Source of the DNA: Mobula hypostoma
Lineage: Eukaryota
Assembly (NCBI RefSeq): GCF_963921235.1
Contig: NC_086107.1
Location: 94,366,001-94,430,000 of the forward strand
DNA length: 64,000 bases
Direction of reading: 5' to 3'
Position numbers and translations under genes: made by a program. The notes under the pieces were generated by a model. That model was given only the letters and a program-made list of their open reading frames with translations, was not told the DNA's origin and ran no database searches. The stretch's first letter is position 1; every line of letters starts with the position of its first letter. Of the stretch, positions 37,500 to 51,647 are shown piece by piece.

Positions 37500-38190
37500 A
37501 ATAACCTAACCTGAAACAACCCAAGCCTGAACATGGAGAAAACACAGGAAATCACTGTGGACTTCAGGAAGGTGCAGATGAACAACCACCCCACACCCCC
37601 GCAAATACATGGCTCCTCTGTAAAGACAGTTACGTGCACCAAGTTCCTGGGAGTTCACATCACAGATGACCTCACCTGGTCCCTTAATATCACCTCCCTG
37701 AACAAAGTAGCACAGCAGCACCTCCATTTCCTGAGAAGGAGAGGCAAGCAAGGCTCCCCGACCCCCATCTTAAATGTGTTTTACAGGAGCAGCATTGAGA
37801 GGGTCCTGACAAGCTGCATCTCCATCTGGTATGGGAGCAGCCGAGCATCAGGCCAGAAGTCCCTACAAAAGACTGAGAACAGCTGAGAGGATCATAGGGG
37901 TCTCCCTACCTCCCATGTGGGACATTCATCAGGGCCCTTGGTATTATTAAGGATCCCATCTATCCATCCAGCATCCCCCTTTGACTTTCTACCATCAGAC
38001 AGGAGACTATGATGGATAAAAACAAGAACAGTCAGGATGGGAAACAGTTTCTTCCCCCTAGTCATAATACTTCTGAACTCTGCTGCATGATATTTGAAGT
38101 GTCACTGGTTAAACTGTTCTGTACCTTACAATATTTAATATTAATGCACTTCAGTTTGTTATTTATGTGTGATTCATCTGTAGATTTTAT
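37500..38190 (+). mobile_element. Rex/Babar-like LINE 3' fragment
   Basis: KTQEITVDFRK..KFLGVHITDDLTWS..VLTSCISIWYG. Confidence 0.75.
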
Positions 38191-38408
38191 CCAACACACA
38201 ATAACTTAAGGTACCTTTGTTTCTCCAAACCAGGGTGTGAAGCATTGTCTCATTATATACATATATTTAGTTAAACGACAATAAACTTAACTTGAAAAAT
38301 AGGCTCTTAAGCACAATGGTCACACTACTTATCAAGTATCCATTTAAATTAGAGCACACTAAAGCAACTTTGTATTATTCTTATATTATATTTAAAATAT
38401 CATAATTA

Positions 38409-38920
38409 TACTCAGTAGTCACTTTATTAGGCACACGTGTACATTAATGCAAATATCTAATAAGCCAATCATGTGGCAGCAACTCAAAGCATAAAAACAA
38501 GCACACATGGTCAAGAGGTTCAGTTGTCGTTCAGGTCAAACATCAGAATGGGGGAAAAATGTGATCCAAGTGGCTTTGACTGTAGAACCGGCTTCACTAT
38601 CCCAAAAAATGCTGATCTGGGATTTTCACACACAACAGTCTCTACAGTTTACACAGAAATGGTGCAAAAACAAAAATCATCCAGTGAGTGGCAGTTCTAT
38701 GGTAAAAACATCTTGTTGATGAAAGAGGTCAGAGAAGAATGTCCAAGAGTGGTTCAAGCTGACAAGACAACAACAGTAATCCAAATAACCACTTATCACA
38801 GCAGCGGTGTGCAGAAGAGCATCTCTGAAAGCACAGCACATTGAACCCTGAAGTGGATAGGCTACATCAGCAGAACACCACTCCAGGTACCACTCCTGCA
38901 CCTAATAAAATGGCCAGTGA
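38409..38920 (+). mobile_element. Tc1-like non-autonomous element
   Basis: Imperfect TIRs CTCAGTAGTCACTTTATTAGG / CCTAATAAAATGGCCAGTGAG; MGEKCD..LGFSHTTVSTVYTE HTH remnant. Confidence 0.7.
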
Positions 38921-40177
38921 GACCACATAACTAAAATTCAACTGTTTTGCTGAGGTCCAGTATAAATAAGATACTTGATGAATGGTGATTGATTGGAATG
39001 TTGGTAATTTTTATATAAAAATTGCCAGCATTCCTATCAATTCCCCCTAGATTCTGCCATTCGCCGAGATATTTGCCAATTTTAGGTGAATGGGAGAATC
39101 CAGGAGGAACTGAATTGGCAAGCCTACCAACCTACATGCTTTGGGATGCACAAGGATACCAGAGCACCCGGAGAAACCCATACAATTGCATAAAAATTTC
39201 ACCCAGACAGCACTGGAGGTGAGGATTGAACCGCAGTCTCCGGACCCGTGAGCCGTGAGCTCAATTAGTTTGTGCCAATATAACTCTGGTGACCATCTTC
39301 AAGACTGCCGCACCCAGATGTCTATGGCTGGAGTATGATGGCCTCAGGTCCCTGGGGCTGTGATGCCCAGGACTGGTGAAACAGGAATACTCGCAGGTCA
39401 TTAGGAACAAACCAGACTTTTTCAAACTGTCCAAGTCTCAAGTATTATCAAATTAAATTGGAAATGAAGAGAGGCTGGTGGCAGATGCAGGGTGAAAAGA
39501 ACACTTTCCCCCAGATCAACAAAAAATTACTGGAGGAAGTCAGCAGGTCAGACAGCATCTACGGAGTAGAACAAACAGTCAACGTTTTGGACCGAGACCC
39601 TTCATCAAGGCTCATCAGATCATCAGCTCTTTCATCATAGTGTAATAGCCACTTCACATCGTTTACAGAGAAAGATCGCTGAGATAATAATCAAAAACAA
39701 ACAACACCCATTGGCAAAAACAGTCCTCTTTCTCTTCACACAACTTTATAATAACTCACTCTACAAGTTTATGTCCCACTTGAGTGAACTTTGTTTTGGT
39801 AAGGCATTATCCACCGCACTACGATTGAGATTTAGAGCACATGTAGAAAGCACTCGGGCTGTGCCAGTACTTTGCTGGAGAGATCCAATTAACTGAGCAA
39901 CAAAAAAATACTTCCACTAACAACTTTTCTATCCAAAACATCCCTTCCTACCCTCTCAACATTCAGACACACAAATGCTGCTCGACCTGCTGAGTTCCAG
40001 CGTCTTCAGTCTTTCGTGTCTCCTGTGTACACACATCTTCCTCTCAGCTATTTATTCATGAGTACCAAGTCACTTATTCCATATTCTAACACTATTCAGA
40101 ATCACATTTATTATCACAGTCTTGTGATGTAAAGTTTTCTGTTTTACAACACGAAATACTAAAAATTACAAAATAAA

Positions 40178-40960
40178 TGTAACGCCCTGGTTAGGAGTCC
40201 TATTGCTATGCTATGAGGTACTTTAGTTTAGCAGCTTTCTATAAAAGTGCTGTGTCCTACTGGCGAGAGTGTTTTGGTTTTGGCTAAAGATACGAAGCCA
40301 TGTTGTTCAACTTAGGAATGTTGAGTCAGCCAATCAGGATAGTGGGATGCAGAGAAGGTTCGAGAGAGAGCTGGGCAGCGATAGATTTCTGATGGACAGT
40401 CGTCAGACGTGATCTTTTGGCAGAAGATGCGAAGAGGAGTGATTCAGGGAAGACGCCTGGATGATCCTATCCAAAGAGAAGACCTTAATGCGAGGAGCGC
40501 TTTGTGAGACAAGGGAGTCCAAGAAGAGAAGTTCTCCCCATGATTGGTGATGAGAATTCAGTGTCATGAGTAAAGTGGTACACTCAACCACTACAGAAAT
40601 TAGCTCCACCATTTATGTGCACACTTAGACTGGTTTAAATGTAATGGGCATTTTTATTTTTTTTTCTTTTCCTACTGCTTGATAAACCTGAAATTGGTGA
40701 ATATACTTCCTTTATAAATTGTATTGTTATTTCTTTATGACCGATAATTATGTATGGGCAGTATTTACACAGTAATCATTCAAATCGAAATTGCTTTAAT
40801 CAGAATTCTCAACGTTCCTGTTTGATTGAACCCCAAATCATACCAATCCTAGACTTATATTGTTCAGAAAGGTGGCCTTCCCACCACTGAGCCACATGGC
40901 TGTTAGCAGAGTTCGCTGACAAGCCAAGCTGCCATATGAGCTCTGAAGAGGGGGCTTACA
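40178..40960. mobile_element. Solo LTR (783 bp)
   Basis: TGTAA...TTACA inverted termini; 4-bp TSD TAAA at 40174-40177 and 40961-40964. Confidence 0.8.
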
Positions 40961-42279
40961 TAAATAAAATATTGTTTATGGACCATTCAGGAATCTGGTG
41001 ATAGAGGGGAAGAAAATGTTCTTGAATCAGGCTCCTAAACCTCCTCCCTGATGGTAATAACAAGAAGGCGGCATGCATCTCTTAAAGCGAGGGTCCTTAA
41101 AAATGATCATTAACGTTTTTATGGATCTGTGCTGATCTCAAACAAAGCAATGACATGGATTGAGAAAAAAGATGACAATTGGAACACTGGCTAAAAAAGT
41201 AACAGGAATGTATCCTGGTGATCAAATTGGCACTATCCCACAGACCATCTACTCTAGCACCCTTGGTCCTCCATTCTGGAACCTCGATGCTAGCGTCACC
41301 TCTACTGTATGATACCAGTTGAGACTGTATGGTGTTGTGCCATGAGCCCAGTGCAAACACGAGCCTCCCCAGCCTCTGTGCTGGGAACCTAAAGCGGACT
41401 ATTGCCTTCTACTATGCAGAGACTCACTGAGTGGAGTGATAACCTGTACATACTGGTGTCGGGCAGGCATCAGCAGCACAGAGCTCCAGACTGTAGGCTG
41501 TGGAAGTTGGCGGCCCGATGTCTGAGAGTCCACTGGAGGATGGAGGCCCGGAGGAGGCCTGCCCTGGGTTTGGAAGACCATCTGTGTGAATGGGTGGGAA
41601 GTGGAAGGGACGGAGGAAGAGAGGAAGGGCACTTGTTTTGCTTTTGTTTTTTCAATGCTGTTGTTGTTGCTTCTTGTTTTTTTTTGATAGGACATGGTGG
41701 GCATACGATGTTGGCACTGGAATGTGTGGCGATGGTTGCAGGCTGCCCCCAGCACATCCTTAGGTTGCATTAGTTGTTAATGCAAATACCGCATATTAAT
41801 AGAAGTCTGTAATCTCTCTCGTCACCTCTTCTGGGAAGTGATACAAGCCACTCTCTGTATTTGGGTGCAAGATTGAGGACAGACCCCACGAATACCAAAG
41901 TAAACCAATTCTCATGAACAATAGAGGGAATACGACTAGGAATGATTTAAAGTAGTGTGCATTCATGAAATCAACCAATACTAGCAAGCTCAGCGTGGGT
42001 AGCACAGTAGTGTTGTACTTAGCGTAACACCATTATAGCATCAGTGACCCAGGTTCAATTCTGCTGTTTGTAAGGAGTCTGTACGATCTCCTTGTGCCCA
42101 TGTGGATTTTCCCTGGATGATCCAGTTTCCTCCCACATTCTTAAGTCGTACAGGTTAGTACGTTAATTGGTCACGAGTGTAATCTGGCAGCACAGGCTCA
42201 TTGGCTCGGAAGGTTCTCGTACTGTGTTGTGTCTCAAGATCTAAAAGGTCGAAAAATGTAATGTACTTTGCTAACATTA

Positions 42280-42680
42280 TAGTACTGTACAAAAGTCTTA
42301 GGCCCCCGAGATTTTTTTTTTTAAATATATTGGCTTCAGATGGTATTAGTTCCACAGAGCCCTGATCTCAACATAGAGGCTGTCTGAGATTACCTGGTGA
42401 GACAAAAACAAGCAAGGCAGCCAAAAACTGTGGCAAGTTCTCCAAGACGCTTGGAGCAACCTACCAGCTGATTTTCTTATAAAACTGCACAACAGTGTAC
42501 CTAAGAGAATTGTTGCAGTTTTAAAGGGTGGTCACATCAAATATTGATGTGCTTTAGTTTTTACTACTTACCATTCCTTGTAATTTTTATATTTAGAAGC
42601 TTTTCATTTCATTATTTTTGAAATCACCTTCACTTTACAGAATTTTTTTTACATGTGCCCAAGACTTTTGCACGGTACTC
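42280..42680 (+). mobile_element. Tc1-type MITE with transposase C-terminal remnant
   Basis: TIRs AGTACTGTACAAAAGTCTTAGGC / GCCCAAGACTTTTGCACGGTACT; PQSPDLNIEAV-like remnant near 42353. Confidence 0.75.
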
Positions 42681-42848
42681 TCAATATGCTTGATACACCT
42701 GCTAACTATTCACCTATTTGAAAAGAGGCTTGGTGAACCAGAATCAGGTTTATCATGACAAAGTTACAATAAGAAATTTCAAAAGTAGTGCAAAAAGAAA
42801 GCAAAATAGTGAGGTAAACAAATATTCCTTAAGATTTTAATAACCTAC

Positions 42849-42978
42849 CCTTCCGGCCTGCACATTCAATATCAAAGCTTAGCACTCGAAGCGGAGCGAT
42901 TTTCTGCCATTCTCCTTCAGCGGGGTGGCTGATCAAGTCTGTCCAGGCGACGTCCACTTCAATCTGCGCCAGTGACAC
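42849..42978 (-). CDS. POLD1: POLD1 coding exon (exon 8 equivalent), 130 nt, ExoI motif
   Basis: ctcag|GTG...AAG G|gtagg; [43 protein letters not shown] (FDIEC). Confidence 0.97.
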
Positions 42979-45119
42979 CTGAGCAACATGCCAAAGGAAA
43001 CCACTCGTTAGCAAAGAGCTGCTAAGTTTCTTCTTAACTTTATTCATGGTTGTGACCAACATTGGGGAAAGACAGCCTTTGCTCTCTATTGCCCATTTTC
43101 TTTTGAGAGGTTTTCTGCTAGAACAGCTGCAGTCCCAGATCAGCACACAATCTGCTGGAAAAAAAACTCAGCGGGTCAAGTAGCATCTGTGGGAATGGTT
43201 TTGGTCATGGGGAGCCAGAGGTGGCAGTGCCAGGCAACAGGAAAGGGATAGTGGCCATGTTCGAGGAATGAGGATGCTAGGGTCAAAAAGAGGTGACAGT
43301 GAAAGGTTTAAGGGTTTGACAGAAAAGGTGCTGAGAATTGAAAATGAGAAAATTAAGAGGTGTAAGGAAGGAAAGAAAATCAAAGAGGAGAGGTGGAGAA
43401 AAGAGCAGGGAGGGAGGGAAGAAGGATAAATGAGAGATGTTGCTGATATGATGTACTGGGTACTCAAAACATTTCAGTTCTCAGTGAAAGGGAATGATAG
43501 GGCTGACTGGTCTCAAATGCTGCAGTCAGCAAGACATTTAAAGGAATTAAAATCTAAATGTGTCTCTGTTAACCAGTTGTGCAATAACGTTAAAAGAAAC
43601 AAGGCACTTCTCAAAATGAGCAGCCTGTATCACGTGCAGTCAGAAACAAAAGGTTTCTGTTTTGGTTGGGATTAACGACTCGGCATTTCTGTAGGAAAAA
43701 AAAGCATGCTTAAAACACTGTCTTTTTAGTAACTGTCATAAATATGGAAATATTTATTTTATAACATGAATTAGGGACATATACAAGTCCACGAGAAAAA
43801 GACCTCATAGTATTAAAACGGCGATAGAAAACTCAGAACTGAACAGCTTTCAATTTCTTTTGTGGGGTTTAAACAAAGCTGAAATTCTCTGCAAGTCAGG
43901 CAGTGTCTGTGACTGGAGAAGCTGCAAGAAGATAATCAACGTGAAGCATTAACCATACTCATGCTGCTTGGCCTACTGAGTGTCTACATAAGTTTTCTTT
44001 TATATTCCAGATTTCCAAAAATCATGAGATTTTGCTTTAGTTTCTTGTATGACTACGTAGATTGTGAAGCTGAGAGGTTGAACCATTTCCATCACAGGAC
44101 AAATGATAAAAATTAGGCCTCCTGCAGCAGCCCATCTTCCAACACAATTGCCAACTTTGCAACAAGGGATTTTGCAAATACTGGATGTACATCTCCGATC
44201 AACTGAAAGAGTTCGAACAGAAAAAGCCAGTCGTGCGCTGCAGATTTTTTTTTTGGCAATTTAAAAAATCCAAATTCACTAGAGGATAAAGGTCTGTGCT
44301 GAGGTTAAAGGACTGCGTTTGTGCGTGAGTGGGAGGAAGGAACAGGGCTTGTTTTGCTGTTGTTGTTATTTTGTTACTTGGGCTGTGCTCTGCCGAGCAT
44401 TGTCAGCATGCTACATTGGCACCAGAACGTGTGGCGACACTTGTCGGCTGCCCCCTCACACCCTTGGGTAATGCAAACGATGCTTTATACTGCACACTTC
44501 AATGCATGCTTGATAAATAAACTTGAATCTTCAACCTAGTAAACAACTTGAATTACTGACAAAATTATTTCATGGTCTTAGGTGCTCTGAGGTGACATGA
44601 TGTACATGTCATCTCAGGAGAGAACTGTGGTCAGTGCTTATTTCAGGCAGGTCTCAGCTATTCTAACTAAGGTTCAGAGTAACAGATTTAGATAAAATCT
44701 GGTGCTCATACATCTAGGTCAGAAAGTCATGAGTTCAAGACCCACTTCAGATACTTGAGCAGAATATCAGGTGTCAACACTAAGGGCATATTGCACTGTC
44801 TGAGGTAGCAATTTTTTTGAATCCGGTCCTTTTGACGACCCATTAGCTTCTCAGCTGAATATAAAGAATCTCTCACTAGTACTTCAAGAAAGAGAAGGGA
44901 AGAAACTCCCCTCCTTAGCCATTAGTGAAGCCTCAACCATTGCTTAGAGACTCAGCAAGCCAGTCCTGAAGAAGGGTCTGGGCCTGAAATATTGACTGTT
45001 TATTCATTTCCATAGATGTTGCCTGACCTGCTGAGTACCTCCAGCATTTTGCGTGTGTTGCTTTGGATTTCCAGCCTCTGCAGAATTTCTCGTTTTTAAG
45101 CCTATTTATTTGTTTACTA

Positions 45120-45725
45120 AAATGTTACATCTGGTCAATCTCGCTGTATGCTTCTGAAACATGGACTATAACACCAGAACTCCAAAGAAACTTAGAAGCA
45201 ACAGAAATGTAGTTTCTTAGAAGAATTCTAATATACGAATTAATCTAATCCATATGAATATAGAGTTAGGAGTTTGTTAATGTGATTCAATATACTGTAT
45301 CTGGTATTATATTTTGTCTTTTGTTTTATAATATGTATTCTCCTGAACTCTATTCTTCTATATGGAAATCAATAAAAATATTGAAAAAGAAAAAGAATGC
45401 TGAAAATATCATATAGAGACAGGGTAACTAATGAGACAGTACTCCAATGTGCCCACACAAAAAGATCTTTAATGAGAACGTTAAATGAGAGGAAACTTAA
45501 ATTCCTGAGCCATGTTATCAGAAAGGGAGAAATAGAATGCCTTTCATTACAAGGCTGTATGCCTGGGAAACGCGGAAGAGGAAGACAAAGAGGAAAATAT
45601 ATGGACACTGTGAAAGAACTAACAGATCTAAGGGTGCAAGATATTATTGACACTGCGTGGGATCATTCGGTGTGGAAAACTATGATCGCCCAAGCATGTA
45701 ACACACAAGGCACATGGAGAAGAAT
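45120..45725 (+). mobile_element. RTE-like LINE 3' fragment interrupted by an A-tailed insertion (45227-45392)
   Basis: LKISYRDRVTNETVL..GKRGRGRQR motif; insertion flanked by AAGAAT duplication. Confidence 0.7.
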
Positions 45726-46739
45726 TTGTTTACTGGAGCTCTGTCAAGTATAAACCAAAGAATGATACCAAAGTCTGGCCACTCCCTCAATATAGAGTAC
45801 CCAGCACCTTTGTGTGAAACAGTTGACTCTTTCGTCCCCTTTACATCTTTCCCCTCTCACCATAAAACTGCCCTCTAATTTTAAATTCCCTTATCGGAGG
45901 AAAAGACTGCATCCACTACAATTGCCATTTAATTGGCTACAAAGTACTCTGGGATGTGGTGAAGTTATAAAGCGAGTTATAAAAATAAGTTATTCTAAAT
46001 ACAAAACACAAGAGATTCTGTAGATGCTGAAAATCCAGAGCAACACAACACGACACACACACACACGTACGTGCTGGAGGAACTCAGCAGGTAAGACAGG
46101 ATCTACAGAAAGGAATAAAGTGTCAACATTTCAGGCCAAGACGCTTCATATTCTAATAGTTGCAAAGAAATTTTCATTGTGCCACATTCAACAAATTTCT
46201 TCCATTTCCCAAAACTACACTTTGACAGAATGTGCATTTTTCTGTCTCCAAGGAGTTCAGCAGATGGACAGCAACCACCAGGAAAGGAGTGGTGGTAAGG
46301 GAGTGGTGAGAGTAAAGATCAAATTTAACGTTAGGTTATAAAAAGCTTGCATTTTTGAACCACGTTTCTAGGCCACAGAGAATGCAGATGCTGATTTAAG
46401 TGTTTTCAAAGTGTAGTCAGTTTTGCAGCCAATCCTCCACACACAAAGCTAGAGGAACTCAGCAGATCAGGCAGCATCTATGGAGGATGCAGGGGAATAA
46501 ACAGTTGATGTTTTGGACAGAGACCCTTCATCAGGACTGGAAAGGAAGAGGCAGAAACCAGAATAAGAAGGTGGAGAGAGGGGGTACAAGCTGGCAGAGG
46601 ATAGGTGAGACCAGGTGAGCGGGAAGGTGGGTGGATGGGGGGGGGGTAGAGAAGGGAAACGAAGCAAGAAACTAGGTGGCGGTAGGAGGAAGAGGTAAGC
46701 GGATGAAAGCAACAAGAGGAAATTAGTTCCGCCATCCAC

Positions 46740-48140
46740 ATCAGAATTAGGTTTGTTATCACTGGTGTGTCGTGAAATTTGTTAACTTAGCAGCAGCAGT
46801 TCAATGCAATACATAATATAGAAAAAAACAAAATAATAATAAATAAGTAGATCAATTACATTATATGTATATTGAATAGATTAAAAATTGTGCAAAAAAC
46901 AAATAATATATGTTGAAAAGTGAGGTAGTGCTCACAGGTTCAATGGCCATTTAGGAATCAGATGGTAGAGGGGAAAGAGTCTGTTCCTGAATCGCTGAGT
47001 GTGCTCCTTCAGGCTTCTGTACCTTCTACCTGATGGTAACAGTGAGAAAGGGGCATGTCCTGGGTGCTGGAGGTCCTTAATAATGGACGCCGTCTTTCTG
47101 AGTCACCCGCTCCCTAAAGATGTCCTGGGTACTTTGTAGGCTAGTACCCAAGACGGAGCTGACTAGATTTACAACCTTCTGCAGCTTCTTTCGGTCCTGT
47201 GCAGTAGTCCCTCCATACCAGACAGTGATGCAGCCTGTCAGAATGCTCTCCACAGTACATCTATAGAAGTTCTTGAGATACCAAATCTCTTCAAACTCCT
47301 AATGAAGTATAGCCACCGTCTTGCCTTCTTTATAACTGCATCGATATGTTGCAACCAGGTTAGATCCTCAGGGATCTTGACAACAGGGAACTTGAAACTG
47401 CTCACTCCCTCCACTTCTGACCTCTCTGAGAATTGGTATTGGTCTTGCCCTTCCCGAAGTCCACAATCAGCTCCTTCGTCTTACTGATGTTGAATGCCAG
47501 GTTGTTGCTGCGACATCACTCCACTAGTTGGCATATCTCGCTCCCGTACGCCCTCCCGTCACCATCTGAGACTCTACCAACAATGGCTGTATCAACAGCA
47601 AACTTATAGATAGCATTTGAGCTATGCCTAGCCATACAGTCATGGGTATATAGAGAGTAGAGCATTGAGCTAAGCGCACACCCGAGATGCACCAGTGTTG
47701 ATCATCAGCGAGGAGGAGATGTCATCACCAATCCGCACAGACTGTGGTCTTCCAGTTAGGAAGTCAAGGATCCAATTGCAGAGGGAGGTACAGAGGTCCA
47801 AGTTCTGCAACTTCTCAATCAGGATTGTTGGAAGATGATATTAAATGCTGATCGATGAACAGTATCCTGACATAGGTTTTGGTGTTGTCCAGGTGGTCTA
47901 AAGTCATTGAGGTTGCATCTGCCATTGACCTATTGTGGCGATAGGTAAATTGCAATGTGTCAAGATCCTGGCTGAGGCAGCAATACAGTCTAGTCATGAG
48001 CAAACTCTCAAAGCATTTCATCACTGTAGATGTGAGTGCTACCGGGCGATAGTCATTAAGGCAGCTCATATTATTCTTCAAGTACTGGTATAATTGTTGC
48101 CTTTTTGAAGCAAGTGGAAACTTCCACCCATAGCACTGAG
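46740..48140 (-). mobile_element. Rex/Babar-like LINE fragment
   Basis: CLNDYRPVALTSTVMKCFE..LQFTYRHNRS motif plus 3' UTR. Confidence 0.8.
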
Positions 48141-50305
48141 AGGTTAATGAATATATGTGGTATGTCAGGTGTTTGAAGCTTGAATTTATGGGAAACCGTT
48201 CACATGTTGCAGTGTCCATAAGTTTGGTGTTGCAACCAGCCACCAAAGCCTTAAATTATATCATTCTCTTTGAAACCCTCCAAATCATAAGTAAATATCA
48301 ATAATAAGTGTTAGGGTAGAGTCAGAAAGACATAGTACACTGCAGCACAGAAACAAGCCCTTCCGTCCATTTAGTCCATGCACACTATTTTGCCTGGTCC
48401 TATCCACCTGCGCCCATTGTAGTACTTAGCCAAACTTCTCTTAAATGCTGAAATTAAACCCACTATTCACCATTTCCACTTGCAGTTCATTCCACACTCT
48501 CACCACTCTCCAAGTGAAGTTCCCCTTCATGTTCCCTATAAAGAGAACATCTTTTGCCCTTAACCCATGACCTCGTTTCACCCAACGTCCATGGAAGAAG
48601 CCTGCTTGTGTTCACCCTATCTATATCCCTCAATTTTGTATACCTCTATCTGGTGTCTGAAAAGAGAATGCTGTCCAAGTTGCATGCCATCTTGGACAAT
48701 GTCTCCCATCCACTACATAATGTACTGGTTAGGCACAGGAGTACATTCAACCAGAGACTCATTCCACCGAGATGCAACACAGAGCGTCATAGGAGGTCAT
48801 TCCTGCCTGTGGCCATCAAACTTTACAACTCCTCCCTTGGAGGGTCAGACACCCTGAGCCAATAGGCTGGTCCTGGACTTATTTCCTGCATAATTTACCT
48901 ATTACTATTTAACTATTTATGGTTTTATTACTATTTAATTATTTATGGTGCAACTGTAACAAAAACCAATTTCCCCGGGGATCAATAAAGTATGACTATG
49001 ACTATGACTAAATCTCACCTCATTCTTCTGTTCCTGAGAATAAAGTCCTACCCTAATCAGCCTTTCCCTATAACTCAGGTCTTCAAGACCTGGCAACATC
49101 TGTGTAAAATTTTCTCTGTACTCTTTCAATCTTATTGATATCTTTCTTGTAGGCAGGTGACCAGAACTGCACACAATACTCCAAATTAGGTTTCACCAAC
49201 CCCTTATACAGCTTCAACGTAACACCCGAACTCCTGAAATCAATACCAACTTGCCAAAAGCTCTCTTTTACGACCCCATCTACCTATGAGTAAAAAAATT
49301 TCAAAATCTCCAATGTCAAATATTCAATTCGGTCCAAATCTGATAAACTCTTACTTTGAGATTGTGATTTCCAGTTCTTAGATCCCCCAACAGAGGGAAC
49401 ACATTCCCAGTAACTCAAGTCCCTTATCTGTGGAAGTCATTGTTTCCTGCAAGATAGTGCCAGTGACCAATGGCAACATCGTGCAGAAAGCTCACAAAGC
49501 CACTAGCTACTCTTCTCCTCAAAGGACTTCTTCTGAACTGTGATTGATTACAGTCTGGAATTTCCCTTTTAAGGATACATTTTTGAACCGACTAAACAAG
49601 CTGGCGATTCTGAGATCTCCGGGGGATTCTGCGTGATTCAGAGTGCAGAGTGCAGCTACGGTCTTCGCTGGGGGTGCACGCTGTGTCGATTCCTAATGGC
49701 AGAATACAAACCCATGGTCAGCTCCTTTACTCTACGTCGATTAAAGCGCCAAACAAGATTAAAATTAAGGACGAGCGGAACTGAACGTCTCTTCGGCGCC
49801 GTCTATCAGCGTTAGACCAGTATCTCTCTTGCTGCTGCCAATTGCCGCAGGAGTCTTGGATCCCACGCTGCAAGGTTCGGCGGCTCATGGCTACGGACTC
49901 TGGGGTTTGATGTTTAATGTCCTCAGCGCTGAACATGCTCCAGGGCTGTAAACTCACTTTAGGGAGCGCTCCAGTTCATGTTCCATGTGTTTTTCAGCAC
50001 CCTTTCTTACTATTTGCACGATTTGATGGAGGCATTCGGCACGGAATTGGCTCTGCAGCTGTGACTTGCAGTCGACAGCGCTGAACTGACTGACTTGTTG
50101 GCTCCTACAATTTGATGCTTAATGTTCCTGGGATTATTTGTGCGCTTTTTTTGGTAGTTGCGCCATTTCTTCTTTTGTTCACACTTTGGGTGTTTGATGG
50201 TCTTTGTTGTGTGGAGTTTTTCCTTTAAACGGGTTCTGTGGTGTTTCTTTGTTTTGTGGCTGCCCGCAAGAAGACGAATCTCAAGGTTATATATTATATA
50301 CATGA

Positions 50306-50600
50306 AGGTATCCGTTAGTCTTGCGAGACCATGGATCTGCGCCTGGAAAGTCTTCACTCTCCAGGACAAGGTTGTATGGAAGACCAGCAGTTGCCCATGC
50401 TGCAAGTCCCTCCTCTCCACAACACCAATGTTGTCTAAGGGAAGGGCATTAGGACCCATACAGCTTGGCACCGGTGTCATCGCAGAGCAATGTGTGATTA
50501 AGTGCCTTGCTCAAGGACACAACCCATTCCCTCAGCTGGGGCTCGAACTCACGACCTTCAGGTAGCTCGTCCAATGCCTTAACCACTTGGCCACGTGCTC
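50306..50600 (-). mobile_element. tRNA-derived SINE (second family)
   Basis: Minus strand begins GCACGTGGCCAAGTGGTTAAGG (A box), then GAGTTCGAGCCC (B box) and a GTGTCCTTGAGCAAGGCACTT core. Confidence 0.75.
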
Positions 50601-51526
50601 ACACACATAATAAATGTACTTTGAATATTAATGTTATTAGCATCATGCAGATGTTTCTGTAAGAATAGAGAGAAGAGTACAACCGTAAAATACTGCAGCC
50701 AGCACATGAAGCTCAAAGCAATACAACAAACACAAAATGCTGCAGGAACTCAGTAGGTCAGGCAGCATCTACAGAGAGGAATAACAGTCGACGTTTCGGG
50801 CAGAGGATCTTTATCGGGACTGGGGAGAGGACGGGGAAGAGATAGGATCTGGCAGATATTAGATGAGACCAGTGGAGGGGGAGAGTGCAATGATATAGGT
50901 TAAAAGGTGGAAGATGGAAGAGCTAAAGGGTTGAAGAAGGAGAAATTAAACCAGTTCCACCATCCATTGGAGCATTTGTTCATAACAAAACCACTCTTCA
51001 AAATAGTACCATAGGATCACCCACACCTACTCGGGAAAGCCGTCTTGATTTAACATTTCATCCAATGGAATGGCACCTCCATTATCACAGCAGCTCTCAG
51101 TACTGGTAAAAATGAGCCTAGTTTTGGGACTTCCTCAGCTCCTGGATCAGAGGTGACTATCCCAAGCACCAAAAGCTGATAATTTACTAATCCAAAAGAA
51201 AACACTGAAATGTTAAAGCAATTAATTTCACTCCCAACATCCCCTCCCAACTCCACCATAGATGGGCCCATGCCCGGATGTGAATGAGGGGGGTTGGGCT
51301 TGGGGTTAGCAACTCAAAGTAAAAACCCAAAGCCACAGAAACGCAAACAGGATCTCCAAAGACCTCATCCCTGGGAGAAAGATCATTGAAGATGGCCTAC
51401 ACCTGGAGACAACTTGAAAGACTGGCCTAGAATGGGAAGCTGCTGTCGGTGGTCTATACCCCAGTAGTGGTGATGAGTTTAAATAAGTCAGTCAACCCCC
51501 TCCAACTAGCCTTCAGTGGTACACAC

Positions 51527-51647
51527 CTTCTTGGGACTGTCCAATGTTGCATTCTCATTTCCTGTTGGTTGATCTTCCCTTATCTGGTACTTCCCAGCAG
51601 GTAATTCGATCCAGTTGCAGCCAACAACATCACAATCCACCATGAAT
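51527..51647 (-). CDS. POLD1: POLD1 coding exon (exon 7 equivalent), 121 nt
   Basis: ttag|A TTC...AAG|gtgtgt; [40 protein letters not shown]; phase matches both neighbours. Confidence 0.92.
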
